Shown here: positions 1 to 8,351 of the stretch, piece by piece
How the letters are laid out: the number at the start of each line of letters is the position of its first letter
Numbering within the stretch: position 1 is the first letter of the stretch
Virus record (IMG/VR): IMGVR_UViG_3300027896_000041
Location: 1-61,128 of that record
Source of the DNA: a virus
Taxonomy: Duplodnaviria > Caudoviricetes
Reading direction: 5' to 3' (one strand)
Length of the DNA stretch: 61,128 nt
Notes under the pieces: generated by a model
What the model saw: the letters and a program-made list of their open reading frames with translations, nothing else
Told to the model about the DNA's origin: nothing
The model's database searches: none
Translations under genes and position numbers: made by a program

Positions 1-51
1 ACAGGTATAAGTTGTACTCTGTCTAACAATAGGGTAGTCTATTATCTTCAT
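1..51 (-). CDS. N-terminus of a probable C39-like cysteine peptidase (runs off the window edge)
   Basis: Reads [17 protein letters not shown] after an AAGGA RBS; Q-x5-C resembles the C39 catalytic start; only 17 codons visible. Confidence 0.4.
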   Translation of the reverse strand, partial: MKIIDYPIVRQSTTYTC

Positions 52-103
52 AGCACAATTCCTTTACTATTTGTTCTGTGTGGTATGATGATAAATAGTA
101 AAA

Positions 104-191
104 TGGCGGAGAGGGAGAGATTCGAACTCCCGGTACCTTTCGGTACTCCGGTTTTCAAAACCGGCGCTATCGGCCACTCAGCCACCTCTCC
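104..191 (-). tRNA. tRNA-Ser(UGA)
   Basis: GGAGAGG acceptor, anticodon arm CCGGT-TTTGAAA-ACCGG, long variable arm GTACC-GAAA-GGTAC, GTTCGAATC T-loop, encoded CCA. Confidence 0.97.
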
Positions 192-226
192 ATAATAGTA
201 ATTTTTAGTTACTATTATTTATTCAT

Positions 227-448
227 TTAAACTTCAATAGGATCTTCTTCTGAATCATCACATTCGTCACTTTCATTTGTGATGAAGATAATTTTAATCG
301 CGTCAATCTTTCCATCTTTATCTTCCTGGAAAAATGCAGTATAACCACCATCACCAAATCCAGAAGATGATACTGCACCAAAAGGTATTACTTCGTAGAT
401 TTCTTCTGTGATTTTATCTTCGATTTCTTTTTCTGTTGGTTTGGGTAT
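227..448 (-). CDS. Small acidic protein with SSGFGDGGY motif (DUF4241-like), non-canonical ATA/ATT start; absent from ORF track
   Basis: 73 open codons IPKPTEKEIEDK...SSSGFGDGGYTAFF...DPIEV* preceded by GAGGA. Confidence 0.55.
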   Translation of the reverse strand: MPKPTEKEIEDKITEEIYEVIPFGAVSSSGFGDGGYTAFFQEDKDGKIDAIKIIFITNESDECDDSEEDPIEV

Positions 449-449
449 A

Positions 450-688
450 TTAATCCTCTATTGGTTCATTTAGACTTTTAGGTGTATGAACAGTCAATTT
501 AAAAATTCCAATGCTGTCGAATTCACCAATAATATGAAAATTTTTAGATCTAGTTTCTCCTGCTCGAATTTCTTCCAAACATTTTTCTATTTCATCTGTA
601 TCAAGCTTATCATCAACTTCGACCATTCTACAACCATTAAGAGCCGTGAACGTGGCGTTATCGTTTAGAACCATTATTCTTGACATTT
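450..688 (-). CDS. Hypothetical protein
   Basis: ORF 450..713; likely start MSRIMVL after AAGGAG (start approximate). Confidence 0.55.
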
Positions 689-951
689 GGTTTCTTATCT
701 CCTTTACTATCATCTTCTAATTTAAAATATTTTTCCAATTCTGTTTTAGTAAGCTTCCTATGAAACACATACATAATAAATGAACTTGATAATGATTCGC
801 CAAAGTATTCTTCTTCGGCATCACCAAGATGTAAATTATATCTTTTTAAAACTTCTTTAAATTGCTTAATAGCTTCTTCCGAAAGATCTGTCCAATCTAA
901 TTGGATAAGCGATGGTGATTTTATCATTCTAACTTCCTCATTATTGTCCAT
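658..951 (-). CDS. Hypothetical protein
   Basis: ORF in the dense minus-strand gene string. Confidence 0.55.
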   Translation of the reverse strand: MDNNEEVRMIKSPSLIQLDWTDLSEEAIKQFKEVLKRYNLHLGDAEEEYFGESLSSSFIMYVFHRKLTKTELEKYFKLEDDSKGDKKPNVKNNGSKR

Positions 952-1139
952 TTCTTATTTGGTATTTTGTCTCCATTCAATGGATGATATGGATTATATG
1001 AAAATCCTGATTCTTCTACTATTTTGCATGCTGTTTCTAAACTATCAACATATCCAATAGGTTTATATTCCAATCTAAAACTCTTTGTCTCATGCATACT
1101 GCACATGAATAAATCTTCAATTATATAAATTTCTGACAT
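924..1139 (-). CDS. Hypothetical protein (start revised to MSEIY)
   Basis: AAGGAG RBS before ATG at 1139; the upstream extension in the ORF track overlaps a structured RNA. Confidence 0.6.
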   Translation of the reverse strand: MSEIYIIEDLFMCSMHETKSFRLEYKPIGYVDSLETACKIVEESGFSYNPYHPLNGDKIPNKKWTIMRKLE

Positions 1140-1165
1140 AAACTCCTTTTTCTGCGTGTAGGGAG

Positions 1166-1239
1166 GGTCTGTCCAGCGGAATAATCTATATCGGGTGCCC
1201 CCAGTTTGATTGTGCATTTTATATAGAGCTGGACAGACC
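1166..1239 (-). ncRNA. Orphan structured RNA candidate A
   Basis: Perfect 12-bp GGTCTGTCCAGC/GCTGGACAGACC stem enclosing a 7-bp TCTATAT/ATATAGA stem; GC-rich island in an intergenic gap; strand assumed from context. Confidence 0.45.
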
Positions 1240-1256
1240 TGTAGCCAACTGAATCT

Positions 1257-2063
1257 TTAATAAAATTTAATTATCTGAGAAGTTGGAATTAAAACTTCTG
1301 ATCTGATTTTTTGAATCCATTCTTCTGAATTCTTTTGAAATACATCTTCTTTTATTCTGATCAATCTATAATCATTATCTAAACACCAACTTTCTAATGC
1401 TTTATCTTTATCTTGTTTAGATTTTAATTGATCCAAGATATCTTCAAAATGCCACACACCATCATATTCTATACAAATTTTTAGCTTATGAGAATATAAA
1501 TCTCTTGATATTCCAGAAATATCTTTATATGATAAAGATCCACCATAAGTCCATTCTTCATTAGGAAATGAAACTATGAACCAATCTCTTAATTTTCGTT
1601 CTCCTATAGAAGTAAAACGAGGATTTGTAGCTAAACATTTTTTAGAATATTCTGGATCTTTCCATAAATCTTTTGTAAATTCAGATAATGACATCCCGTT
1701 CTTGCATATACTGTTTTTAATCTTTATCTTATCTTCTTCGGTATGCGGTCTGGAATTTCTACATGATATAGAACAAAAGAATTTTTTCTTTTTTAAAAAT
1801 GTCTTATCTCTTCTTTCAATTATAAATGGCGTTTTGCATTTAAAACATTCTACAAGATAATGTTGCTTAATACCATACATTTTATTATTGGTTAAGAAAG
1901 CAGTTTCTCGTGATTTATCTCTTTGTTTTTGAATATCTAAATTTGGATTTTTCTTACACCATCTAACATGATTGGCGAATTTAGATCCAGAAACACCTTC
2001 AAAATATTCATTACAATAATTGCATGTTCTATTTTCAGTGTTATTAAAAGTTCCAGTTTTCAT
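1257..2063 (-). CDS. Free-standing putative homing endonuclease (Zn-finger N-terminus; Vsr/DUF559-like nuclease C-terminus)
   Basis: CxxC/HxxxC and FFCSISC motifs; C-terminal D-x(8)-IEYDGVWH...KDK...YRLIRI. Confidence 0.75.
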   Translation of the reverse strand: MKTGTFNNTENRTCNYCNEYFEGVSGSKFANHVRWCKKNPNLDIQKQRDKSRETAFLTNNKMYGIKQHYLVECFKCKTPFIIERRDKTFLKKKKFFCSISCRNSRPHTEEDKIKIKNSICKNGMSLSEFTKDLWKDPEYSKKCLATNPRFTSIGERKLRDWFIVSFPNEEWTYGGSLSYKDISGISRDLYSHKLKICIEYDGVWHFEDILDQLKSKQDKDKALESWCLDNDYRLIRIKEDVFQKNSEEWIQKIRSEVLIPTSQIIKFY

Positions 2064-2090
2064 ATTAATCTCCAATTTTAATTTGTTCTA

Positions 2091-2114
2091 TAGTGGAGAT
2101 GAATAGAGTCGGAC
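2091..2114 (-). repeat. Degenerate duplicate of the tmRNA 3' end
   Basis: GTCCGACTCTATTCATCTCCACTA vs spliced tmRNA end GTTCAATTCCCCTCACCTCCACCA. Confidence 0.6.
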
Positions 2115-2120
2115 TATAAA

Positions 2121-2757
2121 TGGTGGAGGTGAGGGGACACAATATTCCGGATTTTTCAATTCGGTGTGGACTATTCCTTCATCCTTTGTTAAAAGGAGGA
2201 GAGCATTTATGAATTTCTTCATCTTAGTATTCCATAACTTTTGTTTTAGGAACCTATAAGTCTCTAGACGGCTTACTTCTTTCGAATTTACCGTACGGCG
2301 TTAGCATAACTAAACGTTTTAGCGTTCACCGTATGAGCTCTCTTTATCACTAAGCATTACTACTTAGGTCAACCATTTTGATTGAACCCCTGTCCTGATT
2401 AGAAGCAATTATACTTTCATTTACATAGTTAGCCCGTTGTTCTAATTCCTCTATCCCGCATAACACGGCTAGGAAATCAGGGTCGAAACAGACACACCCC
2501 ATCTGATACTTTATCAGCTAAGCATAGATTCTTTGAATCTCAAGTCAAAGAGCAGAGGACGTCTCTTGTCGCCACCTTGTGTTTACGCTACTCCCGATTA
2601 CTAAGGCAATCTAGTCGGTTTCACGGGTGCCTAAATTAGGCAGCCATTTTGTATTGATTGTTATCAATTACTTTTTCGATAGATTTTTAGGTGGCCAACT
2701 ATCATCCACCCTATGCAAATATAACAACTTAACTACCAGTCGAAACCAATCACCCCC
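2121..2757 (-). ncRNA. ssrA: tmRNA interrupted by a group I intron (exons 2757-2381 and 2137-2121)
   Basis: 5' GGGGGTGATTGGTTTCGAC pairs with 3' CACCTCC-ACCA including a G3.U70 Ala determinant; tag frame GAT AAC AAT CAA TAC AAA ATG GCT GCC TAA = (A)DNNQYKMAA; T-arm AGGGG-TTCAATT-CCCCT restored on intron removal. Confidence 0.95.
2138..2380 (-). mobile_element. Group I self-splicing intron (243 nt, no ORF) in the tmRNA T-loop
   Basis: P1 TCAAT/GTTGA with U.G at the 5' splice site, P2 CTAAGTA/TGCTTAG, P3 GAGAGC/GCTCTC, P7 GACT/AGTC, P8 TCCTTT/AAAGGA, terminal G. Confidence 0.9.
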
Positions 2758-2765
2758 GAAAAATA

Positions 2766-3062
2766 TTATGCTATCTTAAATAATTTAGGAACATTTCTTT
2801 TAACTACATTACTTAATGCAGTTGGTGCTTTAATAGCTGAAGTTATTCCACTTCTAAAAGGAACAACTTTTCCAGCTGCTGTTCTAATATTTGCACCTGT
2901 TCCCAATTCTAATTTTCGATGTATAGCTGGATTATTTCTTACATATGCTGCAGTGGCAGGATCATCAAGAGTTAATTCCTCTACAGCATCTTCTGCGATT
3001 GCATCAAGAGTATCTTCATACTCATCTAGTGCTTCACATACTAAAAGATATTTTTTATTCAT
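2766..3062 (-). CDS. Hypothetical protein, possibly virion-associated
   Basis: GGAG RBS; preceded by the GAATAAATT motif; acidic N-terminus and basic C-terminus. Confidence 0.55.
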   Translation of the reverse strand: MNKKYLLVCEALDEYEDTLDAIAEDAVEELTLDDPATAAYVRNNPAIHRKLELGTGANIRTAAGKVVPFRSGITSAIKAPTALSNVVKRNVPKLFKIA

Positions 3063-3106
3063 GAAATTCTCCAAATAAACTATTTTAATTTATTCAGAAG
3101 AATTCT

Positions 3107-4045
3107 TTATGCGAATGCTTGCCCGAAGTTTTTATGAACACCAGTTTCAGAATTCTTAATCACAACAATTCGATTATCAATAGCTTTTTTAATTTCCTGA
3201 AGTTTCTTTACTTTCTCTTCAAGATTATTAAGTTCAACTTCAATCTTCCTACGTTCCATTCTCAGTTTATCAATTTCCGGTGTAGTCAATCCATTCATAT
3301 TACCACTTCTTTTCTTGTTTTCTTTTCTTGATTTCCATCGACAGTTTTGTTCTTAATAGTATAACACATGGCGGTTTAATTTTACCAATTCTAAATGCAG
3401 TTCCTGTGAGGTAATTCATCAAAATTCTTACTTTATCATTTGATGCATTGTTTATATTACCTAAATAACTCCTTAATTGGTTACAACACCATGCAGGATT
3501 TTCTTTCCATTTTCCCAACAAAGATCTTCTAACTTTTTGCCAAGACTCATCTTTTACTATTTCTGATATTGGTTTTCTTTCCATAATACACCTTTAACAA
3601 TTAACTTCTGGCGGAAATTTAAAATTATCATAAGTTGTATCAATAGTTCTTTTATCCACTTCTATATAACCTGGTAAAGGATGTATTGGTGGTCGATATA
3701 ACTTTTTCAGCTTTGATAATTCTTCTTTAAGTTCTTTATTTTCTTTAACAAGTTCCATTATCACTTTAATCTTGGCATTCAGCTGTGTTCTAAAATCAGT
3801 ATTATCAATTTCTATTAATGGTTCATTGTTCATATCTAATCTTTCCTTGCTGTCTGATGATATACGGCAAAACATTCTTTACAATATTTTTCATTCAGAT
3901 GAGTAACAACACCCCATGAACTGATTGATAAAGAAGTTGGCATTACTGATTTACCACAAAGAGATGTTCTGATATTATCAGATTTACTCAAGTGATAATG
4001 CCAGACTCCTTCTATTCCTTCTGTAACTACGAACTTACTTTCCAT
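3107..4045 (-). CDS. Run of four small hypothetical genes (3107-3298 coiled-coil, 3300-3584, 3594-3833, 3836-4045 Cys/His-rich)
   Basis: Abutting ORFs with RBSs; no recognisable family. Confidence 0.55.
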
Positions 4046-4072
4046 AACTGTCTCCTTTTAAAAAATAAAAAA

Positions 4073-4193
4073 CCACTCTGGGCAGGACTTATTGGAGGGT
4101 AGCATTCCATCATCTCTCCATGCCTAGTACCGGATAGGGTTAGCGGTTGCCCAAAGTGGGTAAACGGAATATGTTGAGGCGAATACTCCATTT
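4073..4193 (-). ncRNA. Orphan structured RNA candidate B, directly downstream of tRNA-Asn
   Basis: 11-bp hairpin (4162-4193), then 12-bp CCACTTTGGGCA/TGCCCAGAGTGG closing a multi-stem interior, followed by a U-rich tract. Confidence 0.45.
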
Positions 4194-4200
4194 GGAAATC

Positions 4201-4287
4201 TGGCTCCGTCGGTAGGACTCGAACCTACATGTTTATTTCTAAACGCCGCGTTAACAGCGCGGTCCATTACCATTATGGAACAACGGA
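4201..4287 (-). tRNA. tRNA-Asn(GUU) with atypical long variable arm
   Basis: TCCGTTG/CGACGGA acceptor, CCGCG-CTGTTAA-CGCGG anticodon arm, extra arm GTTTA-GAAA-TAAAC, T-arm GTAGG/CCTAC, G73-CCA. Confidence 0.9.
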
Positions 4288-5025
4288 ATTTTGAATTAAT
4301 TTTAAAAAATCACTTATTATATTTTCTTTATTATTCTTCCAATCGTTTTCTCTTATTCTAAAAATTCGGCAACCCTCTTTAATGAAATAAGTATCTCGTA
4401 TCTGATCATGTTCTTTTTGTTTTCCGTTATCATGATGTGATTCATCAAATTCAATATCTAATTTTAATTCAGAAACAAACCCATCAGGATAGTATCCATA
4501 TAAGAATTTATTCCTAATTATTACAAACGATATATTTTTTTGCAATTCATCTAAACACTCTTTTTCATATGATCCCATAAATGGTGCAGGAGGAGAACTC
4601 AAACCATATTGATTTTGAATTCTTTTTATCGCACATTCTCTATGGTTTCTTCTTCCTTCTATAGTTTTAGAAAAATTATCAACTCCAAATTTATTAATAC
4701 ATGTCTGTTTAATTTTATTTTTTACTTCTTCTAATCTATTGGTACTATCAACACCATATTTTTTAACACATGATTTTTTAATTTTTTCTTTAACTATATT
4801 ATTCTGACTAGAATACTCAACTCCCCAGTTTTTCAAACATGTACTTTTTTTCTTATCTTTTATAATATTAGATTGACTAGGATTTTCTACACCATATCTA
4901 TTTAATATTTTTTGTTTAATATCTTTTTTAATTAATGGATTTCTGAACTGGTGACCATTAACATAATTAGCAATTTTATTTAATGGATTTACTTCTTTAC
5001 CACAACCACATTTACATAATTTCAT
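4273..5025 (-). CDS. Putative homing endonuclease (YGVENPSQ-type repeats plus DUF559/EDxHD-like nuclease); stop codon lies inside tRNA-Asn
   Basis: CKCGCG start, repeated (K/R)YGV motifs, YYPDGF...IEFDESHH...D.IRD. Confidence 0.78.
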   Translation of the reverse strand: MKLCKCGCGKEVNPLNKIANYVNGHQFRNPLIKKDIKQKILNRYGVENPSQSNIIKDKKKSTCLKNWGVEYSSQNNIVKEKIKKSCVKKYGVDSTNRLEEVKNKIKQTCINKFGVDNFSKTIEGRRNHRECAIKRIQNQYGLSSPPAPFMGSYEKECLDELQKNISFVIIRNKFLYGYYPDGFVSELKLDIEFDESHHDNGKQKEHDQIRDTYFIKEGCRIFRIRENDWKNNKENIISDFLKLIQNSVVP

Positions 5026-5027
5026 AA

Positions 5028-5306
5028 TCAAGTCCAATTCCACTGATCAGAATGTTTAAATAATGGAATATCTTTATTATTTCTAAGAGCATTTTTTTCT
5101 TGAGCTCTTTCAATTCTTCGATTCATTTGTTTAAACCATTTAGGTGGTTTTCCCCAAGGTTTATGATCTCTCTGTCTTATGATTCTTTGACGGTAACTGA
5201 ATCCCATACTTAAAGGGTAATCACCAATCTTGAAATCATCCCAATGAATGATCTTACCTTGAATAATATACTCACCATCTAAATGATCCCGATATGTTCT
5301 GCTCAT
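5028..5306 (-). CDS. Small basic hypothetical protein
   Basis: GGAGG RBS; Arg/Lys/Trp-rich. Confidence 0.65.
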   Translation of the reverse strand: MSRTYRDHLDGEYIIQGKIIHWDDFKIGDYPLSMGFSYRQRIIRQRDHKPWGKPPKWFKQMNRRIERAQEKNALRNNKDIPLFKHSDQWNWT

Positions 5307-5307
5307 A

Positions 5308-5376
5308 CTGTCCTCCTTAGTTAGTTTTAATTAACTAGAAGACAGCACTCCTTATCACTTTAAATTTCATGTTCAT
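5308..5376 (-). promoter_or_regulatory. RBS-sequestering hairpin overlapped by a 13-aa leader ORF (5376-5335)
   Basis: CTGTCTTCTAGTTAA pairs with CTAACTAAGGAGGACAG, covering the GGAGG of gene 5306; leader MNMKFKVIRSAVF stops in the 5' arm. Confidence 0.55.
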
Positions 5377-5413
5377 ATCTCCAATGTTTATCTATATTTA
5401 TTCAGTTTGTTTT

Positions 5414-6496
5414 TCAGTATATCGGAGTAGTATAATAACTATACTTCTTCGGAAGATACTTATCCGCCACAAATTTATCAAATTTCTCAATTCCTCTAAC
5501 AGCTGAACTCGAGATATGCTGTTTGTTTATCTGACTTACGAAATAAACAAAATCAACACCATACCCAATTTCATCCATAAAAGATTTGATATTTAATTCA
5601 TAATCCAAATCATATCCATTTCGAAGACCTCTTACAACCGTTACTCTTTGTTTCTTTCCTCTGAGGAATTGTACATAAAGAGTAAGCAGTCCGCAAGTAT
5701 AATCTACTTCATGAAATGGAAGAATCCTTTGCAAATTAGTCTTGAGAGTTAAATCTGCAGATGGACTTGAATGTTTATCTGGATTTATAGCAAGAAGAAC
5801 AATTACCTTATCAAAGTGTTTCTCTGCTTGCTCAAGTATATCCAAATGTCCAATATGAAATGGATTAAACGATCCAGCATATAAACCAACATTCAAAGTA
5901 TAATTTTGAATGTATTTTAAAAGTTCAATGATATTCTCAGAGTATCTATTCAATCCACCTAAGAATTTCACTCTACCTTCAATATACTTTTCATATGGTG
6001 CATACTGATATTCTTTTCTTATTAAAGCTTCGTTAGTAATCAATTCACTAATGGTAGCATAAAACAATGGTTCAATAAGATCTATCCTCCTCAATTCACG
6101 AAAGATAAAATTATCCTTTGAAACCTTTGTTTTATAATCAGATGCTTCAATAGCTTCATATGCCATCTTAAACATCTTATGAGTTCTATATTTGTCTTTA
6201 ACAGCATTCTTAAAAGCTTCTGCTGATGCTATTTCATTCTGAGCAGGATTTCTAGGATCATATATATGATCATGAAACAATATCACAATTTGCATCAACC
6301 ACTTGTTATTTTTGCTTAACTCACTTTCTTCACATTTAAGAAGAAGTTTTCTAAGATGATTAATGTTATGATAATACCTATGAGGTTCACCATATTTATA
6401 GATCAAATCTCCCAAATTATCACCGCCATCTATAAACCAATCTTTTATAATTGGATTAAGTATTAAATCAGTTTCTATAAATCTTTCTTCTGTCAT
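5414..6496 (-). CDS. coaD: HD-domain phosphohydrolase fused to phosphopantetheine adenylyltransferase (CoaD-like)
   Basis: N-terminal HRYYHNINH...LFHD; C-terminal YAGSFNPFHIGH, NPDK, VRGLRNGYD..YE, HISSSAVR. Confidence 0.85.
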   Translation of the reverse strand: MTEERFIETDLILNPIIKDWFIDGGDNLGDLIYKYGEPHRYYHNINHLRKLLLKCEESELSKNNKWLMQIVILFHDHIYDPRNPAQNEIASAEAFKNAVKDKYRTHKMFKMAYEAIEASDYKTKVSKDNFIFRELRRIDLIEPLFYATISELITNEALIRKEYQYAPYEKYIEGRVKFLGGLNRYSENIIELLKYIQNYTLNVGLYAGSFNPFHIGHLDILEQAEKHFDKVIVLLAINPDKHSSPSADLTLKTNLQRILPFHEVDYTCGLLTLYVQFLRGKKQRVTVVRGLRNGYDLDYELNIKSFMDEIGYGVDFVYFVSQINKQHISSSAVRGIEKFDKFVADKYLPKKYSYYTTPIY

Positions 6497-6498
6497 CT

Positions 6499-7052
6499 TT
6501 ATCCTTTAATAACTCTAATGCAATCAAGTTTCTTTCCTTCTGGCATTACTTCTCTAGCACATATCATAAGATGTTTACCACTAGGAAGTCTATCTAAATG
6601 AAAAACAACTTTATCGGTCTCTTTATTTAGAACTGTAAATTTTTCCAATTCTAATTCTTGAGAAGTTCCATCTTTGTATTCAAACCTGAGTGATACTTTT
6701 TCAGACATAAAACTCCTACTCTGCCATATCAGGATACTTAGCTAACAACCTTTTAAGCTGTTCTCTTTCCTGCTCTTTCTTCCTAGCTCTTTTAGCATTT
6801 CCTATTGCTATATTCTTTTTCAGAATCTTCATTCTATGTTCAAATTCATCATCGGTTTCTAGACGTTCGCCCCACAACTCAAAGTACTGTTCTTCATAAC
6901 CATTAACTTTGATTGTAATATTTCTAAATCCCATTAAATTTTCTGCATTAAGCTTTTTGAGTTCTAGCAACTTTATTGCAGCATCAACACTACCAACCAA
7001 ATCACTAGGATAAAATGACTCTATTTCTTTATCAACAAATCTCTTTTCAGCC
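6499..7052 (-). CDS. Two small hypothetical genes (6499-6708, 6716-7051)
   Basis: ORFs with GGAG RBS. Confidence 0.55.
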
Positions 7053-7074
7053 ATAAAACTCCGTCGTATCAAAA

Positions 7075-7341
7075 TTACTTCTTTTTCTTATTAAATTCTT
7101 TAAACTCTTTTTCCATTATATCGATCATTTTTTTAGAAATCTTATTTCTCTCTTTCAAAGTATGAGCCATGTACCAATCTTTAACTGCACAATATGGTAG
7201 TGGATACTTTATCTTTGTTCCAAGATGAATGAAAAAAGTTTCCATAATTGCTGTAACTACTGTCTCAGCTTCTATTACAGTTGCATTTCCCATATCAACA
7301 GAAATACATTTCTTATTTTTACATTTACACGTATGACTCAT
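7075..7341 (-). CDS. Hypothetical protein, paralog of 7804-8046
   Basis: Shared IEAET(V/I)VTAI(M/L)E.FF..LGTKI.YP...DWYMAH. Confidence 0.7.
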   Translation of the reverse strand: MSHTCKCKNKKCISVDMGNATVIEAETVVTAIMETFFIHLGTKIKYPLPYCAVKDWYMAHTLKERNKISKKMIDIMEKEFKEFNKKKK

Positions 7342-7520
7342 TACTTCTCCTCTATCGTTACTGTACCTTGCAAAATTCCAAGTGTAGATTTCTCAACGAA
7401 TTTATGAATTTTCGGTTCTTCTGTTTCATTTCTTTTAGTTGTCAGCATCCAGAGTTGATTTTCTTTCCAAGTACAACTCTCTAATTTCATACCACGATCC
7501 AATTGAACGGTAAAAGATCC
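7341..7520 (-). pseudogene. 5'-truncated duplicate of gene 8046-8351
   Basis: GSFTVQLDRGMKLESCTWKENQLWMLTTKRNETEEPKIHKFVEKSTLGILQGTVTIEEK aligns with the C-terminal part of 8046-8351; no ATG/RBS and no pilin leader. Confidence 0.75.
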
Positions 7521-7555
7521 ACTGCGGCACCGCCACGTATACCTTCGCCCTATTC

Positions 7556-8046
7556 TTATTCTATTAATGGAATCAACTCGTCGCCTACTATTTCTGATAC
7601 CAAATAAAAATCACCATCACCATTCCGTTCTTCTAAATCTTTAATGACATTCTCTTCGGTATAATCTTCTTCATCACATTCATCACAATCATATATTCCA
7701 AGATCGTCAAGCAAGCTTAAAAGATTTTCTGCGTCATGCATTTCAAGAGTATCTGTATGGCATCCACCCCTGCTGCTTGATCTATTATAAACAATAAATC
7801 TTTTCATCTCTTTCCTTTATATTTTTTCGCTTCTTCTCCCATGATTTTTAATATCTTGGAAGATATCTTCTTTTTCTGTTTATGGGAGTGCGCCATATAC
7901 CAATCTCCAGTAAATGAAGAGAGCATAGGATAATGAATTTTTGTGCCAAGATTCATAAAAAAGATTTCCAATATAGCAGTCACTATTGTTTCTGCTTCTA
8001 TTGTAACCATTCTCTTCCCATCAGTAGTAGGACATTTAATTTTCAT
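7556..8046 (-). CDS. Two hypothetical genes (7556-7807 acidic; 7804-8046 paralog of 7075-7341)
   Basis: Overlapping start/stop coupling. Confidence 0.6.
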
Positions 8047-8351
8047 TATTTCTCCTCAATTATTACTTCACCCTGCAGAATTCCAAGAGCAGATTTCTCA
8101 GTGAATTTATGAGTTTTTGGTTCTTCTGTCTCACTTCTCTTGGTTGTCAGTAACCACAGATGAGTTTCTTTCCAAGTACAAGTTTCTAGTTTCAAACCCC
8201 TATCCAATTGAATAGTATATGAGCCGCCCCATGATCTAGCTGCATTCTGTTTACAACCACCCATCATGGGAATTACCAAGGCAGCAACCATACCAATAGT
8301 TGCAACTATAATCATAATCTCAGTTAATGTATATCCAGTTTTCTTTTTCAT
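8046..8351 (-). CDS. Small protein with a type IV prepilin-like N-terminal signal
   Basis: MKKKTG|YTLTEIMIIVATIGMVAALVIP matches the class III signal G|F/YxxxE plus hydrophobic helix. Confidence 0.75.
   Translation of the reverse strand: MKKKTGYTLTEIMIIVATIGMVAALVIPMMGGCKQNAARSWGGSYTIQLDRGLKLETCTWKETHLWLLTTKRSETEEPKTHKFTEKSALGILQGEVIIEEK

Noticed and set aside
4085-4150. Twister ribozyme, SAM or c-di-GMP riboswitch identity for RNA B
   Set aside because: Only scattered short resemblances (TAA, CCGGT, GGCAACC); the required pairings and conserved cores could not be built
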